Below are positions 1-10,630 of a DNA stretch of 64,000 bases, piece after piece. The notes under the pieces are model-generated. The model was not told where the DNA came from. It saw only the letters and a program-made list of their open reading frames with translations, and ran no database searches. This DNA comes from Sminthopsis crassicaudata (lineage: Eukaryota), in NCBI RefSeq assembly GCF_048593235.1, contig NC_133620.1, positions 477,679,886 through 477,743,885 on the forward strand, written 5' to 3'. How positions within the stretch are numbered: position 1 is the first letter of the stretch; every line of letters begins with the position of its first letter. Made by a program: the position numbers and the translations under genes.

Positions 1-688
1 GCGGAACAGGACATTGCAAGGGAGCCCAACACGCCTCTTAAATCAGTCCAGCTCCGGGAGGCGGCGGGAGGGGGAGGACAGGCTTGTTTACTTTCCGCCC
101 CCCAGGTACTAAGGTTCCCCCGAGGCGCCAAAAGCCGCGCTCAGGCCTTCTCTTTTTTCGCCCGCAGCAGATAGGGATCGAGGCCGCGGAGCCGATGAGG
201 TGCTGGCCAAAGGAGCCCGATTTTCCTCTCGTAAGCTGGGGGGGGGGGCGCACTTTCCGTGCAATGTGAGGAAGACGCGGGCCATCTGAGAAGATCCGAG
301 CATCTGCCAAATAGGTCGCGCTCGTCCCCGCCCCTCCCCCCAGAGGGCCCCGGGCAGGGAGGGCGCAGCCGCGCCCCCCCCCACTTCATCCCCAGCGCTG
401 CCCACCAGGCCGGGCCAGGCCGCTGTCCTCAGCACTGCCCCCTCTCTGCGGAGGCCCCGGCTCCAGCCCGGCCGGCCAGCGCCCCCTGAAGCTCCCATCT
501 GCGGGGCTGGCGGAGGAGCGCTCCTCCGCTTTCCCGACGGACCCCAGTCCCCGCCCCTGGCTCTCCGAGCCCCCAATCCCGACCTCGAGGAGACCCCGGC
601 GTCCAGCCCCCCACCAGCGTCAGTCACCGTGGCCTCGCCTCCACCCCCGGCTGTGTGTACACCTGTCTGCCCGCATCCCCAAACTGCT

Positions 689-898
689 NNNNNNNNNNNN
701 NNNNNNNNNNNNNNNNNNNNNNNNNNNNNNNNNNNNNNNNNNNNNNNNNNNNNNNNNNNNNNNNNNNNNNNNNNNNNNNNNNNNNNNNNNNNNNNNNNNN
801 NNNNNNNNNNNNNNNNNNNNNNNNNNNNNNNNNNNNNNNNNNNNNNNNNNNNNNNNNNNNNNNNNNNNNNNNNNNNNNNNNNNNNNNNNNNNNNNNNN
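689..898. other. Assembly gap / masked run (210 N)
   Basis: Run of N; the right flank is a purine-rich degenerate repeat. Confidence 0.99.
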
Positions 899-904
899 CT
901 GGGT

Positions 905-1165
905 CCCTCTGAGTGCAGGGAAGGACAGAGAAGGAGGATGGACACAGGGAAGGAGGGAGGAGGGAAGAGGGAGGATAGGTGCTGGGGTCTCTCCTGGCAG
1001 AGGAAAAGAGGACGGACACAGGGACGGAGGGAGGACAGATGCCGGGGTCTCTTGGCAGAGGGAAGGAGGGAGGACGGAAGAGGGAGGACAGACGCCCGGT
1101 CTCTTGGCAGAGGGAAGGAGGACGTACACAGGGAGGGAGGAGGGCAGGAGCCGGGGTCCCTCCCA
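905..1165. repeat. Degenerate ~55-bp minisatellite (about 3-4 copies)
   Basis: Recurring GAGGGAGGACAGA.GCC.GG(G)GTCTCTTGGCAGAGGGAAGGAGG units at about 968, 1027 and 1080. Confidence 0.75.
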
Positions 1166-1299
1166 GCACCCCCTGGATGCCCAGGCCAGGGCTGGCATAC
1201 GCTGGCACTCCCGCCCGAAGCTGTCAAAATGCAGCACTGCCGTGGGGGCGGGGAGCGCCTTTGTGCGCCTGGCAAAGGCGCGGGCGCCACACTGAGGGG

Positions 1300-2330
1300 G
1301 ACAAGTTTGGGGTCCCGCTCTCTGGCCGGAATGGGGGTGGGGGGACAGCACCAGCACAGCCGGGGGCCGGGCTCGCTCCCCGGGGGTCCGCGGCGGCTGC
1401 TTCCGTGCCAACCTCGGCAGTGCCCACGGGCACCTTCGCAGTCCGAGCGCTGGGCAGGGACCCCCGGGCGCCTGAGGGCCCCACGCGGGGCGGACTGGGC
1501 GGAGGACCAGCGACCCGGGGGTCAGAGGAGCCCGGGGGCCGCTCCCCGCGCGGGCAGGTGCCCCCCCGGCACCCCCTCCCCCCGCGCCGGCCGGACCCCC
1601 GGGCCGGCGGCCACCCCGCGCCCACGCGCGCACACGCCCGCTGCAGACGTGCACACACGTCCCTGTCCAGCGCAGCGCGCACGCGGGGCCGCCCCGGGCT
1701 CCGGACACCGGGCACCGGGGATGGATGGGGGGGCCTCCGCGGAGCCCCTGCGTGGACACTCCGGGGCCGGACTCCGGCCCCCGCGGAGGGAGGAGGGAGC
1801 GAGGCCCCCCTCCGGCCCCAGATCCCCGAGCCCGCGAGCGCGCGTGGGTTCCCGTCACTCACCGTGCCCGGAGGCCGCGCGGCGCGGCCGCCATGAGCGC
1901 CGTCCCTTCGTGGCTCAGTCCGCGTGGAACCCGCGCTCCGAGCTGCTGCTGCTGCTGCCTCCGCTGCCGCCGCCGCCGCCGCCCGACTGGCCCTGGCCGG
2001 CCCCGCGCCCGCGCCCGCGCCCTCCGCCTGCCCGTGCCCGCGCCGCCGCCCCCGCCGCCCCGCCTCCTGGGGGCGGGGTCCTTACGTCACGGACGCGGGG
2101 ACGCGCCCCGGGCTCCGCTCGCGCACGCGCACACATCTCCTTCTCCTTTCCCGACAGATCCAGGCCGCAGCGCCCGGCTGCCGCAGCTCCGGCCCCAGCG
2201 GGCGCGGCGCGAGGGCCGGGAGCTCCGGGGGCTGGCTCTGGCGGCCGGAGGCGGAGCGGGGGCGGGACGCTGAGCTCCTATTGGACTGGAGCTGGCGCGG
2301 AGGCCTCTGAGGGAGGATCTGTGGGTGGGG
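1300..2330. promoter_or_regulatory. CpG island over the putative ADARB1 promoter and exon 1
   Basis: Extreme CpG density (CGCG, GCCGCC runs) and GC boxes; contains a minus-strand splice donor. Confidence 0.85.
1863..2050 (-). other. ADARB1: Putative non-coding first exon of ADARB1 (ADAR2); gene continues off the left end; 5' boundary approximate
   Basis: Minus-strand donor CG|GTGAGT (GT at 1862-1861), a (GGC)n/(CAG)n-rich leader inside a CpG island, and CCAAT/GC boxes upstream. The name rests only on the known mammalian gene order PTTG1IP-ITGB2-FAM207A-ADARB1 and orientation; no ADARB1 coding sequence is in the window. Confidence 0.6.
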
Positions 2331-2770
2331 CTTCCCGAAACCATCAGCCCTGCGGCAGCCCAGGCCACAGCGATTGGAGGCGAGGCCAGACGCTCAGGGG
2401 GCGGGGTAGGAGACGATCGCTGCTTTCCTATTGGTCAGGATCTGCCCGGGGAGGCCTCTGAGGTGCTGATTTGTGGGCGGGGTTTCCTCGAAGCTTTCAG
2501 CCCTGCGGCATCTCGGGCCAAAGTGGCCTGAGGAAGAACCTGGAGGCCAGGGGGCGGGTCTCGGGCGGGGTCGGAGAGAGCCGCTGCGCTCCTATTGGCC
2601 CGAGCTGGCCACTGAAGCCTCTGGGGGAGGACCTTTGGGCGGGGCTTTCCAAGCCATCAACCCTGCGGCAGCAGCTCCGGCGGCCTGGGGCGGGACCGAG
2701 AGCCCAGGGGGCGGGGACAAGTGACCAAGGTTGTGGGCGGGGCTTCTCCCCTAGGCAGCCGACTGCGGTG
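2270..2770 (-). promoter_or_regulatory. Proximal promoter: repeated CCAAT (ATTGG on +) and GC-box module
   Basis: CCTATTGG at about 2277, 2426 and 2590, plus GATTGG at about 2372; multiple GGGCGGGG/GGGGCGGG boxes. Confidence 0.75.
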
Positions 2771-4177
2771 ACAGGCGCGAGCACAGGAGCCCGACGTGGG
2801 GGCGCGCATCGTGTCAGGGAGGAAAAAGGAGAAACTGAGGCTGGGGGGAAGCCCCTTAGCGAAGGAAAGATGCTTGATGGGAAGCCGGGCCCTGCGGGAG
2901 GGGTCCCTGGGTGCCATATGACCCCACCCCTTATTCACAGGTGAGGCCCTGGCACCGCCATCCCCCGAGGCCGGGTGGGGAAAAGACCTTGCCCAGCGGG
3001 ACTGAAGGCCGGCCCCTGGGTGCGGGGGCTTCGGGGGGACAGAGAGGGGAGGGGGCGCAAGCGCGCGCACACGCCTTCATTCATTCTCCTTTTTAGGGCG
3101 TGCCTCAGTGGGACCACGTGGCCCCCGAGAAGAAAGCACAAAATGCCCCCCAGAGGCGGCCGCGGACAAAGGTGCGGAGGAGGGAAGCAGCGGCCCGAGG
3201 CTCGGCGGGGCCCTCCGCTCGTCTTTGGCCGCCACGGCCCCGCGCGGGGCTCGGGGAGAAGAGCGGGCCCGCTGAGGGACCCCCACCTCCCGCATCCTTC
3301 CCGAGGCCTCCTCCAGGAAGTCCGGGCCTGTGGTCGGGCTCCCCTGGAGCGGAGCCCCTGGAGGCCGGCGGCGGGCCTGGTCCGGCGGCCTCCGCTCTCT
3401 GCCAGACAGGCCACATCAGGGCGGGGAGGGGCGCTCAGGGCTCAGGCTTCCACCCTGTCAGCACCCAGACCCCCGCCCCGCCTCCGGCTGCCGAAAACCC
3501 AAGCTCCGGCCAGGAGTGGCTGCGCCTCAGGGGCGCGAGGAAGGTCGGGACCGGCTGCGGCGCTGGGCAAGGGCGGGGGTCCCGGCGCGGCCGCTGGAGG
3601 ACGGTGAGCACCCCCGGGAGCCGAGCTCCAGGAGACCCGACGGCCTCGACGGCGGAGGCGGAGCAGGACTCCCTCCCACGACGCCCCGCGTCAACCCTGC
3701 CCTGCCGGAGGCTCCTTTTGGTCCCCAAGTCATGAGCGAACCGGAGCGCACCCTCCCGGGCGGGCCCTTCGGAGCCTCCCAGCGCTCAGCACGGAGCGGC
3801 CGGGAGAGCGCGGAGGACCGCAGCCCCCAGCCGTCCGCCGGGAGCCGGGAGGGGGCGGGAGGGGTGGCATGTGCCGGGTCTGCCAAGAGCCCCGTCAAGG
3901 AGCCAAGGAGAGCCTCCTCACCCCGTGCCAGGAGGGGCTGGGGCCCAGCAGTGCCCCCCCCCGCAGCTGTGCTCATCTCCTCTCCACCAGCAGCAGCCTA
4001 GGGGTTGGGGGGGCCAAGGCAGGGTCCTGTTAAACCCCCGGGGCCCTCTGGGCTTCCTCAGCGAGAAAAGAGCTAACAAGAGCACTTTAGCGGCTTGTGA
4101 GCATCCCGTGAGATCCCGTGCTTTAAAGGTGTTTAGTGCACACAGCCTGTGCGAAGTAGGGGCTCTGGCGCCGCGCA

Positions 4178-4307
4178 CCCCCTTCCCTTTGCTCCCAGGA
4201 GCCCCTGCTGCCCCTCCTCCCCCCAGCACTGGGCCTTATGACTCCCTTGCCCCCTTCCCTTTTCTCCCAGGAGCCCCTGCTGCCCCTCCTCCCCCCAGCA
4301 CTGGGCC
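4178..4307. repeat. Tandem duplication, 72-bp period, 2 copies
   Basis: CCCCCTTCCCTTT.CTCCCAGGAGCCCCTGCTGCCCCTCCTCCCCCCAGCACTGGGCCT occurs at 4178 and 4250. Confidence 0.9.
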
Positions 4308-4469
4308 TAGTACAGTTCCCATGGCCCAGTCCATTTGAGCCAGCCCCTTCTCCCAGAAGGCTTTCCCCTCCACTCTCTTGCCTCTCCTGCTGCTTGTCTC
4401 TGCTTTCCTTCTCTCTGGCTGCTTCCATCTTGTCCCCCTTGTGAGGCTGGAAGCACCCAAGGGCTTCTC

Positions 4470-4525
4470 TGGGCTTGGCACAGTGCCTGGCATGTAATAG
4501 GTGCTCAATAAATGCTGACTTGGGT
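4470..4525 (+). mobile_element. L2/MIR-type 3' tail remnant
   Basis: GGCACAGTGCCTGGCATGTAATAGGTGCTCAATAAATGC resembles the L2 3' terminus. Confidence 0.7.
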
Positions 4526-5090
4526 GCTTCTAGGTGGGTGCTGAGGGAACCTCTGGATCGTGGACCCCTCCCTTCCTCCCTGAGAGCCCGGCCTCCGCCA
4601 GCCCGCGCCGCCCTCTGGCGCCCACGGCCCCGGAGCCCTGGCAGCTGTGTCCGGGCCGAGGGGGTGGCGGAGACCACGTTTGGGGAAGGCAGTCCCGGCC
4701 GGGAGCTGCCCTGGCCTCCGGCCAGACTGGAAGCCGGCCTTCCTCTAATAAGAGCTCTCAGAGCCTCCCGGACAGTGTAAACACTCCCGGCACCGTATAC
4801 GCCAGAGCCCCCGGCTCCCATCCATCAGAGAACCCGCTCGCTCCCGAGGACCTTGGCAAGGGGCAGCCTGCGCTCGAGACCTTTCCCATCAGCCCCGCAA
4901 GTTTACCTCACAAGCAAGAAACGGGGCGGGGCCCAAGGGGCTGTCAGAGCCCAAGGGGCCCGCCAGCCACCTCCCCCAGCTTCCCTGCTCCACTCACTGC
5001 TCCGGCCGCCTCCGGGAGCGCCTCTCTGCCAGGAGACCCCAGAAAACCGCCTGCCCTGCCCAGGTCTCCGGTCTGGAGAAGGCGGGCCTG

Positions 5091-5262
5091 CAGAATGCCC
5101 CAAGGGGGGCGGGGGAGTAGAGGCCAGCAGAATGCCCCGAAGGGGGGGCGGGGGAGTAGAGGCCAGCAGAATGCCCCGAAGGGGGGCGGGGAAGTAGAGG
5201 CCAGCAGAGTGCCCCGAAGGGGGGCGGGGGAGTAGAGGCCAGCAGAATGCCCCGAAGGGGGG
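5091..5262. repeat. Minisatellite, 37-39 bp unit, about 4.5 copies
   Basis: CAGAATGCCCCGAAGGGGGG(G)CGGGGGAGTAGAGGCCAG repeated. Confidence 0.92.
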
Positions 5263-6377
5263 GTAAGGCCGCCAGAATCGTCCCAGTCTGCAGCCCTTCT
5301 GAGCTGCTGCCCACCTAAGGCTGGACTAGCCATCCTCAGCCCACCAGGGTCAGGCAGCCGGGGAGGGGGAAGGCCGAAGTCAGCCTCCCCACCTCCTTTC
5401 CCTCCCCGGTCATTAGCTCCCCGTTCCGCCATGCTGGCCCCCTCTGCATCCTCCCGGCCCGCTGGGCCCCTCGCCTGACTCCGGGGGTCCGGCTTCTCCC
5501 ATCATCCCAACTCTCCCGCCTGCAGTGGGGGCAGCACTCAGCGAATCGGGGCTCCCTTGGCCCCGCCCCCGCGGAGGCCGCACCTCTATCCCCAGGCCAG
5601 GGGGGGGGGCGGGTCGTCAGGGGCTCCAGAAGAGCCTCCCCGCCTGCCATCAGTTCCTCAGGCAGCGGCTCCTGAAGGGCGGGTGCCGGACCGAGGCCTC
5701 CGGGTTCCACGGTGGCGGGCGCCCGTAGATGGTCCAGGAGGGGCCGGTCCCTCCGGGCCCTCTTCCCAAAGGAGCCGCCCAACTTCCGAAAGCCAATCAG
5801 CGTCCACAGTCCTCTCCAGCCCGCCCCCCCCATCCTCCATCGCACACAAGGGGGCCGCTTCCCCTGGTGCCAGCGGGCATCCAGGGCAAAGGGACCTCTG
5901 AGGGGTGGGGCTGCCTCGGCCACGTCCCGCAGAGAGCGGGCCCTGGTTCTTGTCCGTGCTCCCCCCATAGTGATTGCACCCCGGTACACGCCGGCCCTGG
6001 GGCGACAAGGAAAAAGGAAGAGAGTGATCCCTGCCTGAGCCCAGCCTTCCCACCGGGAGCTCAAAGTCCGCTCCTTTTGTTCTTACTCCAGGAGGCCGCG
6101 GGCCTGCCTCCACCTCCTGTGGACCTCGGGCCACGTGCCCACCATGAGCTACTCACCCACCACGAGCCACCCGTGGCCCATCGCTCCCGCGACCGGCTCA
6201 GCTTGTTCTTGGGAAGAGCGATGAGGGTGGAGGTTCAGCCCTGGGAGCCCGGGACCGGGGCCGCACTCCCGGGGCTCTCCCGGGGCTCTCCCCGGGCCTC
6301 TCGGACTACAGTTTTACAATAGTCCGTGACCAGAACCGCCCGCTTGGTGGACAAGGTGGGACCCGGAGCCTCTCAGC

Positions 6378-6462
6378 TGGGATAGAGGGGTGCAGGGCGG
6401 GGATAGAGGGGTGCAGGGCGGGGATAGAGGGGTGCAGGGCGGGGATAAAGGGGTGCAGGGCG
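6378..6462. repeat. Minisatellite, 21-bp unit x4
   Basis: GGGATAGAGGGGTGCAGGGCG repeated; gives the PPCTPLS periodicity in the ORF track. Confidence 0.92.
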
Positions 6463-9400
6463 GGCACAGGACAGCTGCCATGTGTCCCAGGGGGATCTTT
6501 GGGTTTGGAAAGTCAGAGGGCTGGTCATGCAGCAAGTGGGGGTGGGGTCAGGGGGCCACACTTGTGCCCGCCAGCCAGAGGCCTCCAGCGGGCAGTGGAG
6601 GCACAGGGAAGAGCCGGACGGGACGGGGAGACACAGACTGCTCTCCTCAGCGACCAGCTCGTCCCAGACCAAGCGAAGCACTGCTGTGCAGGCAGGAAAC
6701 GGGACAAATATTGGCCCAGCTATGAGTAGTGGGCCGCCAGTCGGAGCGGTGCTTAGAGTGGCTGCTTAGCCGGGGGCTGGGGGCTGCGGAGGGCCAGCCC
6801 CTCTGCTGGGAGGGACAAAGCTTTCCCTCTGCTCTCTGCCGGGCACGGTCAGGGACAGTCAGGGACGGAGGGCGGCTCAGGGAAGCTCTGGGGACCTCGC
6901 GTGGATCGAAGACGGCGCTGAGGGCCACAATGGCCTCATACCGGGCTGCGGGGCTGGCTGGGAGTCGGGAGCACCCGGCTCCAATTCCTGCTTCGGAAGC
7001 AGGAATTCCCCCTCAGAGGCCAGGGGAGGTGAGAAGTCATGGGCTTTCCCAGTGCGGTGCTCGTGAGCCCCCCACGTGCTCCCCTCAATCGTTGGCCGGC
7101 CAGCCCGAGCTTTCCCGGCAGTGAGACTAAGGTGACGGCGTAAGACTTGACAAAAACTTCCCACAACCCCCGCTACGTGCTCCCACAAGCACAGACATTC
7201 TGGTGGCAAGTGGGCTCGGGCTTCAGGACCACCTGTGGCCTGGAGCAATTCAGTCTGGGACGGTTGGGAGCCATGTTCTTGAGAGGAGATTCCCTGGGGG
7301 ATCCTTGGACTGCTTCCAGGGGTCAGCTGCTTCCCCTGAGCCTCCGAGAGAAAAGTGCAAATCTTAGTGCCTTAACACGCTGATGAAGGCCTCCCTTGGA
7401 CATACACACTTAGCCCGGGGTCCCCCTTTGGGGGGGTGAGGGAGCCCCCCACACATGCACGTGCAGAGCCGTGGCCAGCACACCACCCTGTCTCTCTCCC
7501 AACAAGCCACTGGGTGTTCCTGGGAGTCTCGCTCTCTCTAGATCAGGAAGGGGCCCCCAAGGCCAGAGAGACCACCCTCATTTACAGATTGGCAGCCCAT
7601 CCCTCAGGTGTGGTCCTCCAGGTTCTGAATTCAAAATCCAGGCCTCCTTCCCTGGCCTTTAACTACAGCCTTGCAGAATACTTTCTCAATGTGCCCCCCG
7701 CCTCCCAAGCTTCCACTTTCCCGGGCTCTGTCCCCCTTCTCAGGAGCGCCATTTTGGCCTCTCTCGAACTCCCCCAGCCTAGGCTTCCTAAGTTAGGGGG
7801 CCAGAGCCCCAGGACGGTGTTCCCCTTGGCAGGACCCCCCTCCCATGGCCCAGGCCACTTGGTCCCAGAACCTGAAGGTCAGGGATGGCTTGTTCTTTTT
7901 TCAGTCCCAGGCACACAGCCAGCTCTTACTTCCACGGCTGAACATTGACCCGTCCTGCTCCTCTCGGGCCAGGAGCAGAGACTAGCCGTGGCCTGGAGCC
8001 CCAGGGCCTGGGTGAGGGCCTGCGGGCCCAGCGCCAACCGGGGGAGGCTGGGGGGGGTGGGAAAGTCGGCCTCAGGAAAGTCTCAGCTTGCTAGGGGCCG
8101 GGAACAAAAGGCTGGCTGTGCGGGGGCCAGCCACCGGAGGGGGAAACGTGGAGGGGGAGGGCGTGCAGACAGCCCAGCCGGGACGCAAATGGAAAAACAC
8201 GTCTGCAGTCTAGGGAGGAGGTGAGAGGGGCCGGGTGTCCAGCCAGCCGGGGACCGCAGCCAGGGAAGCTCGTCTGGGATTCTTCATCCCCAGCCTGGCC
8301 AGCGTGTCTGGATCTGCGCCGGTCCTAGAACACCACGGTCACATGGCCGCTGTGGCCAGTGCAAACATCACAAGCCCGGGAGAAGCCCTCGGCCAAAGGC
8401 CACGGCAGAGACTGGAGAGCAGGGCTGGCGGGCCCCCAGAGCCACTTGGGGAAGAAACGAGCTTCAGAAGCAAAGCACGGGAGCGGTCCGGCATCGCGAG
8501 CGGGAAGGGTGCGGGGCCGGGAAGGGTGCAGGGCGGGAAAAGGCGTGGGGCCGGCGCAGTGCTCAGGCCACCGAGTAAAGGCGATGGATGCTGGTGGGTT
8601 GCAGGGCAGGTGGGAGTCCCGTGATAATACAGTGCACGGCTCAAAGGAGAGGCCTGGGCTCGGGGAGCCTGGAGAAGAGAGGGCCCGGGACAGGCCGGTC
8701 CCAGAACTCGAGGAGGGGAAGCAGGGCTGGACATTCTCTACCTGTTCCCAGGCGGGCCGGGGCCAGAGAAAGGTCCTGCCGGGTTTGGGCCCCAGGCCAC
8801 AGGGAGGGAGGCTTTTGGGCCACTGGAGGCCGGACCAGCATCCCACAGGACGAGGGCCCCTCGGGCTGGCCGCCTAGTTCTAGGGAGCCATGCGTCTGCC
8901 TTCCCCAAGAGTCCGCGCCCTCCCACGGGACGGCCCGCCAGGGGCTCCTGGGCTGCTGCCAAGGATTCCCGGAACCCAGGACCTCAGGGGCGCTGCAACC
9001 TCAGGGGCAGTCTTCCGGGGGGGGCAGCCCTGTTTCCCAGGGCTTGGCCTCTCCTGGAAGCTGCCATGTCTCTCCCGGCCCCCTGAGTGAAGGCTGAGTG
9101 GCCAGGCGAGCCCTGGTTCAGAGGCCCCCCCACAGGAGTGCGCCCCCCCAGCCTGGGGGACCGGGGCTCACTGGCAGGCAGAGAAGGCCTGTCTGGGACT
9201 GGGCCCCCACTGGCCCCCAGCAGCCAGCCCAGGAGCTTTCTGGTGAGTCATTTGATGACTCACACGGCTGACGTCAGGCCGGTGCCTTTGGCCTCCTCCC
9301 TCGCCCCCCCTCCCCAAGCGGCTCCCTGCCGGGCTTCTGGGCCGCCCTCCCACCTGGATGCACCTCCCTGGGCTCCTTTCCTACCTCCTCAGCCTTTTAC

Positions 9401-10469
9401 CCCTCGCCTTGCCTTTCCCCCGGGACAGGGAGCTCATCACCTACAAGGCTCCAGGCTCAGACTTCCCCCTGAACACAGGGAATCTGCCCGTCCATCACCC
9501 TCCTCACCCCCCGCCCCACATCTCTGGCCAGAGATCACTGAGGAATGGGTCAGCGTGCAGGTGGCGAGCACCTACTGAGTGCCGGGCCGTGCTCATGGGC
9601 GGCCCTGGGAGCCCCACTGTGTTCTCCCTTTCCCACAAAGGCAACAGACCTCCCTTGGAGGGCACAGCACTAAGGCGGCCTCCCCCAGGGCCTCAACATG
9701 GCAGCCCCCTGTCCCAAAGCCTGCTGGGCAGGAAGGCGGGGAGGAAGGGGGCAGGAGGCAGGGCCATGGGGAGCCCGGGAAGCTTCTTGTGTGGGGGCCT
9801 GGATGGCCTTGGGGCATCCCCTTGGTGGCTGCGGGAGGATGGATGGAGAGGAGAGATCAGAGGCAGGGAAGTCCCTCAGGAGGCTCCTGCAATACGACTT
9901 AGTGATGGGGGCCTAGATGGGGAGGGAGGCCGTGGGAGTGTAGAGGAGGGGGCTCTACCTTGGAGAAGTCGGGGGCACAGATCAGCCAGGTCCAGGGGTA
10001 AGGAGGCCCAGGTGCAGCCCCCGTAGCACAGCCGAGAAGCTGGCCCCGCATTGCAGCGGCCACGGACCCCGCTCAGGAGGGGGCTCCGGCCCTCGCCTCC
10101 CTCCCGCTGGGCACCAACGCCTGGCTGAAAGGGCTGTTCACGGTCACTGCCCCTGTCTTCCTGCCACTGCCCAGTGGAGCATGAAAAACGGCAGCCTGAC
10201 CCCTCCAAGTCCCTCAATGGGCGCCCTGAGGGGGGGGAAGCTCGGCGGGCTGCTCCTGGGCACCAAGCAGGCCCCAGGAAGACGGGGGGCTCCTCGGGGA
10301 GCGCCCTGAGCAGCTGGCCGCCGTGCTGGCGAGGCGGCCCCTGGGGCAGGCAAAGGATGGGAGGGCCTTAAGTGTGGGGAGAACCCAACAGGGAGCGATG
10401 GGCCCGCATTTGGAGGGCTGTACATTTGGGGGGACCATATATGGGGGAGGCCCACGTGTGGAGGGCCAT

Positions 10470-10630
10470 TGTGTACACACAGCACACTCAGAGACACCTG
10501 GGTACACACATGCACATTTACACATGACAAACAGACTCTTGTATACACATTCACACACGCACGTGCACACAGCACACCCATATTCACACGCACATTTACA
10601 CCCTCACACACATATTTACGCCCCCTGTAC
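10470..10630. repeat. (CA)-rich low-complexity tract
   Basis: Degenerate CACAC/ACACAT runs. Confidence 0.8.

Noticed and set aside
629-2461. 610-aa + strand ORF and overlapping 300-400 aa ORFs
   Set aside because: They span an N gap and a CpG island. Stop codons are rare at this GC content, and the translations are Pro/Gly/Arg/Ala low-complexity with no recognisable domain.
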